Origin: Sphagnum compactum
Lineage: Eukaryota
Length of the DNA stretch: 64,000 nt
Reading direction: 5' to 3'
NCBI GenBank assembly: GCA_965153455.1
Contig: OZ234493.1
Coordinates: forward strand, 35,144,213 to 35,208,212
Positions 10,657-24,028 of the stretch are shown one piece after another (position 1 is the stretch's first letter; the number at the start of each line of letters is the position of its first letter). The position numbers and the translations under genes are program-made. Below the pieces are notes generated by a model that worked only from the letters and a program-made list of their open reading frames with translations, did no database searches and had not been told where the DNA came from.

Positions 10657-13600
10657 TATAAATGTATTCATATATATTTGTTAGATTTTCATATATATTA
10701 TATTGAATGAAAGGGGATGGTATTGGGACCTCTTTTTGTTTTGTCCATTGTAAAACCAATTTCTTTCCAATATTCCCCACACCAAATTAGATATTTTGAA
10801 ATTTTATTCCATTAAATTTTTACAATCATTTTCACTATCAAAACTTTTTTCGGGGGATGGAAGGTTTAGTATAAATTTTGTATTTTGCACAATTTTATTC
10901 ATCTTTTTAAAAAATGCATAACAAATATTATGATAACTATTGTATTGTTCTTAGAATTGTATTTCTTTCACTTACATTGTTATTAAGTAATGGTTCTCAT
11001 TGTTACAAGGTTTTTTCATTTCCATGTACCTTTTGTTACATCCCAGGGAGCTAAACAAACTTTGTTCATAATTTGGTAAGGTTGAATATCTTATAATTAA
11101 ACCCTAAACCCTTATTTTCTTGTTGTAATGTTAGATCCCATCTTTCTATTTTTTTAATTTTTTTGTTTTGTGTCACATTTACATTTTTTCCTCACCATTT
11201 AATCTTTAAGTTCCATTTTTAAGAAGCACATACCACCCTCATGGTCGAAGGACACAAATGTTAATACTTTACATTAAATTTACCTCAATGTTTAAATTTT
11301 GTTCCAATTTATTTATTCATGCAAAATTAAAGATTGAAAATTTTAATAGTCATTCTTATTAATCATTTTTATGTCATGACTAAAATTTTTGTGAGGCTTC
11401 ATCTAACAATTTTCAAAACCAACAATTGTTTATACAGAATCCTAAATAATAATGTACATATCATTTTTTTTGTTTTCTCTCCACATGTGAAATTGAAATG
11501 CCAACAATGTAATTGCAACATTTAAATCTCAAGGAAAAATACAAGAATAATTAAAAAGATGTAAAAAAATGGGTATGTGAAAGTTGTCATTGGGTGTGAA
11601 TGAACTCAAATGAGCTAAAATTGATGTCAAAATGTCAACTTTTGATATGATTTGAAATTATGGCAAATTTTCAAAGTGAAACACAAAATTTGAAAAAAAT
11701 TGTGCACTCTCAAAAATTTGTATTTATTCAAATTTGATAGTAAATAAACATATGACAACTATACATACAATAAATAAAAATTTGCAAAAGATTTCATTCG
11801 AAAATTCCTCTTTATGAAAACATGTCATAATAATTGTCAAACTCTTAGATGAAATCATTCAACTCAATGGCGTCAACTGCCTTTGAATATCAACGGGGTC
11901 CTTTGATTATTCTATACATGTCATTCATGTCCCATAACGAGGGTGTGGTGACAAACCTCGGAGGTGAATTAATCTCAAAATTTGAGGACTCCTCCCCAAA
12001 TGATGATGAAGGGGTGGTTTGAATTGCATACCACATGTGTTAAAACCATTATCAATGGTAAACTTGTTCCATATATTTGGATCATGTGCCCTTTCCATGG
12101 TGAACCTTAACCTTAACTTGGGTGTCCAAATTGGAACCTTCAATAATTAGGGTTTGTTGAACTTGTCACAAATTAAATTAAACCTAAAGGGATGTTGTAC
12201 ATGTTGTATTTTAACTTACCCCTTAAACCATGATCCCCATAACATAAACCCATGGATATTGCATTTGTATGATTAAAGCACTTACAGTCACAAAAACATT
12301 TCACATGGCCAAAACACTTGGGCACTTTATGAACATGACAAAAATTGTCTACTAATCATCAATTTGATTTCACCACAATGCCAAACAATGGGACATCTTA
12401 GCAATCAAATGTAGGGATATTTGTAACTATGCATCCCAATACACCTTAACCCTGTCTAAAAACCTACTTTATATATTTAAGCAAACCACATGTCAAACAA
12501 GACTTATTTAATGATTAGGATTAAGTGGTAACCTTGTCCCATGCCCAACCATTAACCACATCAATCATAGCCCCCAACCTCATTATGACGATAAAAACAC
12601 ACGTGAAAAAACACACGGCCTTTCACTTAGGGCTTCACATTAAATAGTAAACATAGATCACTAAGAAGTCAACCTAAGAACATGTGTTCACCTGCATGTC
12701 ATGTCAAATGGCACAAGCATTGGCAAGCCCCCTACCCCCTAAAATCAAATTACAACCCATTCAAAATATCCAAAAGCAACAAGTGTAACCCACAAATGCA
12801 AATGGAGATGCGCAAATCTTCACTTTTATGATCCTCACATAATAATCACAACAAGAATTCAAATATAAATTAACCCCACTCATTGGTGGCAAAACATTCC
12901 ACCATTTGTAGCTGATGAAAATGGGTGCTTACTAACACAAGTCAATACTAAAAAAACTTAGCAAAACTACCCCCATGTACACCACCTTTCCATGCCCATG
13001 AACAAGCCTCCAAATTTTTTTGTCTCCAAATGGCCCAAAATCTCCGACACTAGTAGTGCTCATCCCTAGGAATTCATTGGTGCAAATCACTTGTGATTTT
13101 GCTTTTGTATGGGTGAAAAAAATTCCAAAAGAAATTGAAAATTAATTCCAAAATGAAAAATTAGCCTCTAGATTCTCCAAAAATTAAATCCAATTTTTGT
13201 GCTCGATTGCATGCATGTAGCCCTCATTGAGAGAAATCCAATGACGCAAAGATCATTTTAATCCAACATCATGTAAAAAGAATACAAGGATTCAAAGTTT
13301 GTGGATGGATGAATTTTTACACATCCAAATTATGGATCAAATTTGTCCACTTGGATGAAAAATGAAAATGGAAAATGGACAAAATGGATGAATGTTTAAT
13401 GGATGAAAACCCCCACATCCACATTATGGATGAAAAACCATTTACTTGGATGAAAGTAGGAAAATTATAATTAAAAAAACATAATAATTTCGAATTGGTG
13501 TCAAACTTGACCAATAGGTTTAACAAAACTAAAAGAAATTAAAATTAAAAAGGGAGGTCTGGATTGGACCCCCCTTTTATGTTTTATTTCGAGCCTTGCA

Positions 13601-14509
13601 AAGCTCCAAACCCACCAAACCTAACATTTCAAAATGGCGATGGAGCTCCATGTTCCTCCCACCAACCCCGCCCCCCTTTTTTTTTCCTTTTCCTTTTCTC
13701 CCTCTCCTTCTTCTTGTTGCAGTTGATGCACATTTGCTTATTGACAACAACCATGACAACCACCACTTTTTTTTCACCCTACCCTACTACAATCGATGAT
13801 ATTGGCAATGACAATGGCAATAATGGGGAAAAGGAGCCTCCCTACTTGTTCTTATTGCAAGTGGTGGTGTTGGCAGCTAACTATTGTTGTTGTTGTTGTT
13901 GCTGGTAATCGATTGAGTAAGAGAGAGTTGTATTTTTTGGGTCATTTACTTAAACCATTTGTAGTTTCGTCAAAGTTGATTAACTTTGAAAAAAAATAAA
14001 AACAAAAATCAGACTTCCATTGGTTTTGGAAATTATTTGCTAAACCAATTTATTTTACACATTACTTATGGTATGTTATCCCAAGTTCGACATGTTCGCC
14101 CACGTTTAGTATATTATCAACTTATGGTTTTTGGCATACATTTTTTTGTTTCATGTTCAAAATTTTAACATAAATAATTTAATAAACCATCCAAACATGA
14201 ACCCACCTTAGATTATGTCTTAAGCAAGAAAGTTTTAAAGACATGTAAACAACAAAATAACATTAATTATTTAATCAATAAGCAATATTCAAATTGCATA
14301 CATCATTGCAAGGTCTATTTAACAAAACCATTTATTCTATTATACATATTTATCTATGTTGGCTTCATTTAAGGATCAATCCCTTAATTGTAACTTTTCC
14401 TTTTTTCTTAGAAGTATGTTGAAGCATCTTGCAAATGGGTCTTGCTTCTATTGTCTTGATGGGTAGTCAACAAAATATTTTGTATATGAATTATGAAGGT
14501 TGTGTTTCA

Positions 14510-14510
<1 letters not shown>

Positions 14511-14554
<44 letters not shown>
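14511..14554. repeat. (TA)n microsatellite
   Basis: About 22 uninterrupted TA units. Confidence 0.95.
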
Positions 14555-14557
<3 letters not shown>

Positions 14558-16259
14558 AATTAATTAATTTATTTTTCTCGTGTATAATTTCTAACAAGCA
14601 TATGTACAAACACCTTAAATGTTTATATTTGTAAACAATCAATGAAAAGATCATCTAAGTGTGATCTTTTGAGGGGTTTAGAATAAATTATTATACTAAG
14701 CATATGATGTGTCCATATGAATGTACACTAGATGGTTAATCATTCATAGTGTAATTTTTTTAAGGCATGTTTATATATATCGTTTGGTATATATTTCCAA
14801 GTGTATCCATTTATTTCCTTTGCTTGAAAAGGAATTTTATGCTTTGATGTTGGTCATGTTATGAAAGAGAGAGAGTGTGTGTGCCTCCTCCTCCCTTAGT
14901 AACAATATTTCACATGTGATATGTCATGTGGGTTTGGTATATACTCTTTTAAGTAGTGTATATCAACCTTACTTGTTGTAATTCTCTTGATCCCTAGGGG
15001 ATTGTGGACTATCATAGTCATATTTGCATAATCCTATTTTATTTGTAATGGGTAGACCATGACCTACGAAACAAAAAAATGACTTTGCCTTTCCAAAAAG
15101 GTGTTCCAAGTGCACAATACTATATTTTATTTAGTAATTAGTCCTAACTTGGAAATATCTACTTTTGTGAACAATTGTTCCACTAGCCTCACCTACACAA
15201 ATTGCAAAAGACAATTTGTGTCAATTTGTCATTGCATGAATTAAATTTGTATTTCTTTCATAACTAGTCATGAACGTATTCAATGTGTATAATGACATGG
15301 GAAACATGCATTTTAATTTCGATGTGTTAAAGTAATACATTCCATGCTTGGATGTAACAAGGGGTTTGCTGCTATTGAGAATGTAAAAGGTTTTTGTTAT
15401 CAACCAACAAATGTAAACCACATAAACAAAGTTGCTTTTGGTGTACTTCTAGTGGTGCACATAGTGTAGACTTGTACACTTTTATTTGGTTGCAAAAACA
15501 AGACTTTGTTAGTTGGTACAAGTGAAGCTGACATTGATATAGCCATTGAAATTCGATACAAATTGTTGTAGGAAAACTTTGATAAAAAGTTTCAAAAGTA
15601 GACATGAAGGAACCACCATTTCCACAAGAAGGCTAGGTTACTTTCAACTAATATTTGAAAAAGGTTGTCTCTTCATTTTGAAGATAGAAGCAATGAAAAA
15701 AAAATTTCTTGGTTGATTTGGTTTTAATGGTAATAATATCACCTAATAATATTTAGGTGTCTTTTAATGGAGAAAGGACAAATTGGATCATTAAATATCG
15801 CCATTTTTTGTGAGCTACTTGAATGTGACCTCCAAACGACAACATCCACCACTCCTTTATGGATTACTCAAGCTTTATTCAAGTATGGTGATGGCAATTT
15901 CATGAGACACATTAAATGAAGGTGAGACAACAAAAAACAGAAATTTGTTTTTATTGTTTCATTGTTGCTCATGTGTTTTTGTCTTTCTTTTCCTTTTATT
16001 TTGTTAACAAACTCAAGGCGTGGTATACAACTATAGGTGTTTTGTGTTTTGCTTACATTGCCACCACCAATGCAAGTTTTGTCTGCCTTTCAAACCATCG
16101 ATTCTGGTGATTCTCTCACTACACTTCTTTGCCATTTTTTTGTTCCCACTACCATGGAATCTTCGACTCCAGAAACCAGTGCTAATGTGCAAGTTGAGCC
16201 TAATGCCCTTTGTGTTGATGGGCGCTTGGCAAGGTGTAGTAGTAACAACATTGTGAATG

Positions 16260-17330
16260 GTTCAGAGTAGGAGGCCCCATCCAAGGTCAAAGATGATGAT
16301 CTTGTGATCCAAAAGGCACCATTGGAGAACTTGAAGAAGCAAATGAAGTTTTGGAAACCTCGCTAGAAGGTTTCAGACACATGGGCTTTCTTTAAAATGA
16401 ACAACAACCAACCTACTTATTTGAAGTAGAGTTAGGTCATGAGATGAATTGTTTGTCACGTTGAGATTGTTGGCCCCGAAATCCTAACCTTGCACATAAG
16501 ATGCCATAGAAGCTTCATTGCATATAACAAAGCTCATGGCATATTAGTTTTGAAAAAACCTGTGGAGCAAGATCACATTGCTTTATTTAAAAGTTATATA
16601 AAGGAGATACATGTACTACATCCTCGAAATCTTCTTGATCGAGAACCAGCTATTAAACAATAGAATGTTACCCCTAGTACCATCTTGAGATTTTTTCTTC
16701 TTCAATTCCATCCCGAAAGACCATGAGATGCAAAAAGGGGTTTTGTTTTGGAAACCATCATGTTGTTTGTGGTCACGAGATTTTTGTCACTAAAGACTAT
16801 TGAATCTATTTGGTTCCACAAATTGGCTTTCCGTTGTGTTTGAGGGTGAGCTTGTCATCTAAAAAGGTTTCTAACAAGGAAGTCCTTCCTACATTGGTGA
16901 ACAAGACATTGGTAAAAACGTGTGCAACCCGCTTTAACTGAATGCTTGTCAACCATGTGCACATTTGATCTTTGAATGTCAAAAGGAGCCCATGATGTTT
17001 TTACAATTAGTATCAGATCAAATAATTGGCCTTGGAATTAACAAACTAACGGATTGTAGACCGGTCAAGAGCTTTGATTGAGAACCTATTGACATAACCA
17101 GCCGGCCTTTTCATTCAACACAGGTTTATAGAATTGCCCCTTCCAATTGTCCAAACCCCCAAAACCGACTGATTCTTACAAATTAAATTTGTTTAAAGAA
17201 CTCGAATGAATCGATTCTCTAAAATCGAAATTAAAAAAAAATCATAACCGATAGGTTCTTTAAAATTTGAAAAGGTCAACTACCTAAAACCGATGGTTCT
17301 TTAAAAAAATCAAAGAACTGCCCAACACGG
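16260..17330 (+). mobile_element. Decayed hAT DNA transposon (BED finger and start of the DDE domain, plus right end)
   Basis: Broken reading frames: WAFF (~16382), AYNKAHGILVLKKPVEQDH (~16520-16576, BED-finger-like) and TFDL*MSKGAHDVF (16961-17002, first catalytic Asp with W changed to stop). Subterminal AACCG..TTCT repeats at 17160-17305 end in CCCAACACG, which resembles a TIR. Confidence 0.7.
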
Positions 17331-19311
17331 GAACTTACACACCTTAAGTATGCATAATTATTTTGAATTTTTTTTTGGTTTCATTAAATGAAGGTGATTA
17401 TTTAACATAAATTTACAAAGCATTTCATTTTGGACCTGAGGCTCCACTCTTGAATCCAAAAGAGAAACGCGATAATAGCGAGACCTCCTCCCATATACAT
17501 AATAATTTCACTCCCACTCCTAAGGGGAAGGTGTAAGGGAAAATCCGTCATGGAAATAATAAGGTGCCCTCCAAATGCAGTAAGGAAATTTCTTAGAGTG
17601 AAGCTTTACATGACAATCGACCCGTAGTTTCTCAGTAACACCTAATGAACGTTCCTGGCAATGTTGGTGGACCAAAAGTTAACGTGCCTCCCAAGAAAAA
17701 GAAAAGAAAAAAAGAAAACACATTAAAGTTATTTATTTATTAAAAAAAGTCATGCCCTGTTGGGGCCTGAGTTGCACCCCTCATTTGATGCTTGCTTGTT
17801 TTTGTCCGCAAAGTCATTGGGAAATTTTATTAAATCAGGGTATGAAATACTGAAACTCAGGATGAAAGAAAGGACAGGGCAAACTCAGCTTAGCACCAAA
17901 TTTGCTGCTAAACTGAGTTTCATGCCCCCCTTGAAGCCCCCAGTCAGTGTACTTAAATTTTTTAACCTGTTTTTTGAAATCTCATCCCCTGTGTGACCAA
18001 ACAGGGGGTGGGGTTCCGGTGCCGTCTTTGCCTGACTTTACGGGTAACTTCAATATTGTGGAGTGGTTCTCCACCCCGTCTTCCCTCCCCGGCCCCCCCA
18101 AAGTAACACCCTGGTCTACAATGATTTTTTTTTGATAAAATTTGTTGACTTTTGAACCAAAATTTGATTAAATTTGCTTATTCTATTGGAAAACTTATGC
18201 CAATTTTTTTCCATATCACAAAATTGAAAAAGAGACAATGAACTGCTCGACTCTCCTCACACCCACCCTCTCCTCTTAATGGGTAAGTATAGAGAGAAGA
18301 GACTTTACATGGAAGTGCTTACAAACCCGTAAAAAGCCTCCGATAGTTTTTTTTTTTTTTGGGTGCACACGGAGAGAGATCCTCTTACAAAGAGTAAAAG
18401 CCTATCGAGCATTTTTGAAAAGCAGGCACGGGCATTTAAAAAATGGTATCATGATTTTTTGAAAAAAACATTTAAAGATAAAAAAAAAGCATTAATGTTT
18501 AAGTACCCATTTAGGGCTTACTTTGTTTGTTGTAAGTACCCATTTAGGGCTTACTTTTGCCTTTTTTTTTTGGCTTTACTCCCAATGAGAGCCCACCCAT
18601 AAGCTCATTGGGGAGGAACTTAGAACTTCCCCCACAACTTTCCTCGTCCCTGCATTGCATTGCACTGCACTTGACTCCTCGTGTCTCTGCGTGTGTGCGC
18701 GCCTGCGTCTCTCTCCCACACACACATACACATCAAGCTCTCATGTTATCTATATCTAAGATTCTATACCCTAATTCACTCTCTAGCTATAAAAATGAGC
18801 ACAACAAAGTGTGTGTATTATATCACCAGTACCCACATCTATCTTCCAGTGTATGTGTGTGTGCGCGTGTGTGTGTGTGAATCTTATTACAATTCTAGTT
18901 GCATTCTTTTGACTCTGTGACCAAAGACTTTGTAGAACAATAATATATATGGGTAGCATTTGCTTAGATTCCTAATTTCTCTCTATAACATTTGCAACAA
19001 ACAGCAGCTCCTCATGATAGGAAGATACCCAAAAGGAGAAAGTGAGTGAGTGAGTGAGTGAGTTTGCAGTGTATAAAATTGTGTTTTCTTTTCATCATTG
19101 TGTCAGATTGAGAATGAGAGAGACAGATTCAGTGGGTGTATGAACAATTATTGACTCAATTAGAGTTGTTGTGAGAGAAGATTTAGATCAGTTTTGAAGT
19201 AATTGGAGTTTATTGTATGTGTCTGTGATTGTGTCTTCTTCTTAGCTGTAAGAAGAAGAAGAAAAAGAATCGGGTGCGGTGAAATTGTAATTATATAGCT
19301 CAACAATCAAT

Positions 19312-20862
19312 ATGGGTGTGAAGCAGCTGCACGAGAAGCATCAACAAAAGCAATGGGTCGACAAAGTGGTATGGTGGATTACAATTGTTGTTTCTTCGCT
19401 CTTCTCCATCTACACCCTGCCATTTATCTCTGGCAAGTTTGACATCTACAAATTCTTCACTCTCAGTTATGGTATGGGCAGAATAGAGGAAGCCGGCCTC
19501 CATATCCTCAGGAATGTTCGCCTTTGGCAGGTAAAATTGATCACAGTTTCATGAAAACCCAAGTCACAATATTCTCTGCTTGAAAATTTCTGGGAGATCT
19601 TTGTATTATGAAAACCTAAGTCATAATTATATTTCTGCAAGATATTGTATTATGATCCACAGAGTGTTATGTCATGGAATTGATCTGATGATATTTGTAT
19701 GTGTCAATTTTGAATTGATGTAGGTGCATTCAGTATGTGCATTGGGTTATGTGGTGATAGCACCGTCGCAATTCAATCCAAAATGGCGAAACAAGCACCT
19801 TTTGATGCACCGAAGATTGGGATATGTTTATGCATTTTTCAGTGTAGTTGCATCCATCACTGGCTGGATGATGATCAAACATAGTGAACTTGGACCCGTG
19901 GCCTTAGGGATGAGCAGGATCATGTCACCCTGGAGCATCATCACCCTGGTTCTTTCTATCAATGCAGCACGTAGAAGGGATCTACAAAGCCATCGCCGAT
20001 GGATGTTTCGCTCAGCTGCAATTGGGTACTAATCATTGCCCCTCAGTTCCTTCAAACCTAGATTTGTGCTGTGATTTTGATTTGAATTCAGATCAAGAAG
20101 GGCATGGTCTTCAACATGGAGTTAATTACTAAGTTTGAACACTCAATGACCTAGAACCAAACTAGAACTCGTCCTTCAGCTACCCATGACATATAAGATA
20201 TCTAAGTTCTATGAACTTCACAGTGAACTACAAGCTCTCACAAATAAGGCAAATAAAATGATAAGAGAAAAGTATTTAGTGTCAATTAATGATGTGGGAT
20301 GGAGACAATTGAAGTCCTTAATTTGGTTACGAAGGTTCAACCAAAGTTCCTACCCAGCCAATATTCTCAATGCAAAATGATGAAGAGAAAGTTAAGCATC
20401 GTCCATGGCCAAAATTTACACTCAGATTACCTGAATCTCAAAATGTCTAGGGTTTCATGTAATTCATGGGTTTGTCTTTAACTAATGGTGGAAAATGAGA
20501 GGTTGAAAAATTAGATAGTGATACACACTTCAAAGGGGGAAGGGTGAGATGGTATGGGGAGGTGTTGGGGAATGGATTTTGAGATGCATGGAGTAATTGG
20601 ATGATGTTGTTGGATGCACAGGTATGGTGTGGTTTACACAAGATTTATTACACCTTTGATTAGTCTTATCTTTTTATGCAAGGTGGACATTGCACTGGAA
20701 TGTAGCTTCTTCATAGTCTGGGTTGTTAACCTTTTACTCCTTGAGATCTACATTCAGATATACTTGACGGATGCCACTAAGAAAAAGGTAACCAAGTCAA
20801 TTCCTCAGCAAGAGGCTAAAATAGTAACAGAAATGAATGTCCTATATCAATGGGTTCAATAG
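19312..20862 (+). CDS. DUF2306-like multi-pass membrane protein, 253 aa; exons 19312-19530, 19724-20025, 20622-20862
   Basis: Three exons join in frame through GT-AG introns (762 nt). Motifs VH...APSQF..KWRNKHLLMHRRLGYVY, AARRRDLQSHRRWMFRSAAIGYGVVYTR and W..NLLLLE match my recollection of the DUF2306 family. About 6 hydrophobic segments. Confidence 0.8.
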
Positions 20863-21640
20863 TTCGTGTAATCTAGATAACATTGAAGAAATGAAGTTCA
20901 AATGTAGAAGGTGAGGCTCAAGGGAGTGAGATTTGTTGTGTGAAAAACACCATTGTTATGTGGAATTGTCATTAGTAGGTTCATTGATCGAAGTCAACCT
21001 TTCAATTCGAGTTCCAACGACCATTTTCTTTTAGATACTTATCATGAATAATTGAAAACATTTCACTTGGTTACCAACTAGTATACTTGGCTCACTAGGT
21101 TTACACATCAATCATCTCATTAGTTGCATTGTGAAATGCTAAAATTAATAGAATTTGGGTTCCTTAAACAATTGAAATGGAAGTATTGATATTTCCTAAT
21201 GTACTTAAATCTTGTTATTGATGGTTGAGATTGAACAAGTTTTGCTTGCTACTCTTTTTATTGTGATGTGTACAATGGTTGTTTGAACTTTTGACCATTT
21301 TTGGACACAAGGATCAAAGTGTGGTCAATCCATATACAAAATTGTGTGTTGTATTCCATTCAACTAGGACCTTGATACATTTTCATGGTCAATTGCAAGC
21401 TTGGGTGCTTGGTTGAAAGGTAATATCTCCACCCCTTGAACCTTGCATCATGGATGTTTTAGAACAAAATTATGAAAGTTCCTAAAGGAAGTTTCTTGTT
21501 GTTGAAATAGAGTGGTCATTACTAGCCTTTTTTTTAAAAATGGTGAAGCAATGCCAAATTTTGGCTTTCATTGGGATCGTATGATGATATGAGTGGATGA
21601 ACACTACTATAGTTCATAGTTTTTAAGCTATCCTAGTTGA

Positions 21641-22575
21641 TTGCCTTGTTTATCTTTACTAATGAACATCTTTACTAATGAACATGTCCATTTCAACTAA
21701 AGGCTTGTGATTTAAATGACATGTGTATTTTTTTACTAATGATCTAAAGTAACCTATTTGATTATTTGTGAAATTGAACATTCAATCAAGTTGAACAAAA
21801 ATTTGATCACTTTGGTCAAAATGGTCACTGGATTTTAGTCAAGTGAAACATTTAATGTATATTGGACAAAAAAACAAACATGTTTGGTGAAAATGATCAA
21901 TGATTTTCTAGTCAAATTGAACATTCTATGTGAGTTAATAAGTCAAGCTAACTAACTACCACTTAGGCTAAATAAGTAGCCTAAGTCTACCTACTTTCCT
22001 ACCTATTTGAGCTAGGTAGGTAGACTTAAATAAGTAGGTAACCAAGACTTATCTACCTACTTAAAGCTTATTTACCTCCTTACTTAAATATTACATAAAG
22101 TAGGTAAGTAGCTTAAGTCTACTTATTACTTATCTACCTATCTACCTAGTTATTACTTAAGTTAGGTAGGTAGGCCTAAATAGGTAGGCAGCCTAGGTTT
22201 GAGCTTGCTTACCTCCCTACTTAGCTGCTACATAGACAAAATAAGTAGCCTAAATATACTTACCTACTTACTTAATTATTACTTACAGGTTAAATAAATG
22301 ATTTAAATAGGTAAATAACCTAGGCCTATCCATCTAGACATGCATACCTACCTATGTATGTACCTACCTAACTATTACCTATGTTAAATAGATAGTTTAA
22401 ATCTACCTACCTACTTACTTACCTCTTATTTTGTACATGCTTCTTATCAACTTACTTCCAACCTATTTATTAATTACCTAACTTTCTTACTTACCTACAT
22501 TGTTTGTCTTTATTAATGAACATGTCCATTTCAACTAGAGGCTTGTGACCTAAATGACATGTGTATTTTTTGGTC
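21641..22575. repeat. Low-complexity CTACCTAC / GTAGGTAG tract bounded by ~65-bp direct repeats
   Basis: Mixed TACC/TACT and GGTA/AGTA units at 21945-22500. TTTA(C/T)TAATGAACATGTCCATTTCAACTA(A/G)AGGCTTGTGA..TAAATGACATGTGTATTTTTT occurs at ~21671 and ~22509. Confidence 0.7.
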
Positions 22576-24028
22576 GCCAATCTAATATGATATTCCATCC
22601 ACAAAATTATAAACCATGTTCACACATAAACTAATTCAAAATTAAAACCCAAACAACTAAATTAACATGCCTAACAATCACAAACATGGAAACATATATA
22701 TATCCTGAGTGTTAACCTTTTAAAACTTACCATCATCTTGAATGATGTTAAATTTTTTAACATGAAAATTTATCATTGGATTTGTCATTTGACAAAATTA
22801 TTAAAAACAATGTTTTGAGATGAAAAACAAAGCTTTCACATCATTCAACATTTTTGAATGTTAAGCTATTCAATCCCTAATGGAATTAAAAAGGTTAATG
22901 GTTTAAAACACATATATAACAATAAATGCCTTACATGTTAAAATCCAATGTGAAGACATAAATGGGTTTGATGAAATCCATTCAAATTTTGTTTTATTAA
23001 TTGATGGAAATGGAAGAGGGTTTCATTTGCATGATTTGATTTTCATCTAATAAACTGATGAATATGATAATTAGTTTGCAATTTTGCATGAACATGACAA
23101 AAAATTTAAAAAGATTGAAAATTTTCAAATGTAAACATGAAACTATTTGGGCATTTATTTTGTCACAATGATCTTAACATAGGATAATATGTTATTCATA
23201 ATTTTTTTGAAAATGATCATTTTTTAGAAGGTTTAATGATGTCTAAATGTTTTTAATGAATTAACATTTCGATTTCAATTCTTTGGAAATTAGATATGAA
23301 CACACATTAAAATCGCATTAAATGATGCGAAATTTGACGAATTCGCAAATATTCGGATGGATGAATATGTCAAGAATCACATTGAATTTTCATGTTGGTG
23401 AAAACAAAATAAAAGTGACATTTTATTACACTTGGGTATAAGACATTTTACATGCCATATTTTTACTTGGGTGTAAAGAAATTAAAAAGTTCCTTATGAA
23501 AAGCGAAGAAAGCTATGAGTTGAATATTGAAGGTTTAAATTTTCTTGAAAGTGTTCAAAAATCATACGTGAAGACCTATTGAAAGATATTAAAACGTGTG
23601 GATGAATGTGTGGATGAATGTCAAGCTAATTTTTTAAAAAAAGAAAAAAGAAGAGAAAACCAAATTCTTATTCATCTAAAACTCTATAAAAAACTAAGGA
23701 TAGATGAGAGAGGTGTTGAAAGATAAAAGACATGTGGATGAATATTGACCTGAAAAAAATAAAAATAAAAATAAATAAATAAATAAATATATTTTGGGAG
23801 AAATCCAAATTGATATTCAACTAAAATTCTATCCAAAAAAAAAGCATTTGAGCATGGCGAGAGTTTTAGGCTAAACTCCAGTTGATAAGATGACTCGGGT
23901 ATGGTTCAAAAAAGGCGACGGGAGTTTGGAACTCAAGCACCAACAAAGGGGGCGGCCTGAACGTTGTGATAGAACCAGAGGTGTGAAGCAAATGCTCAAT
24001 CCAAAACTCCTCAGAATCGCATTCAACG

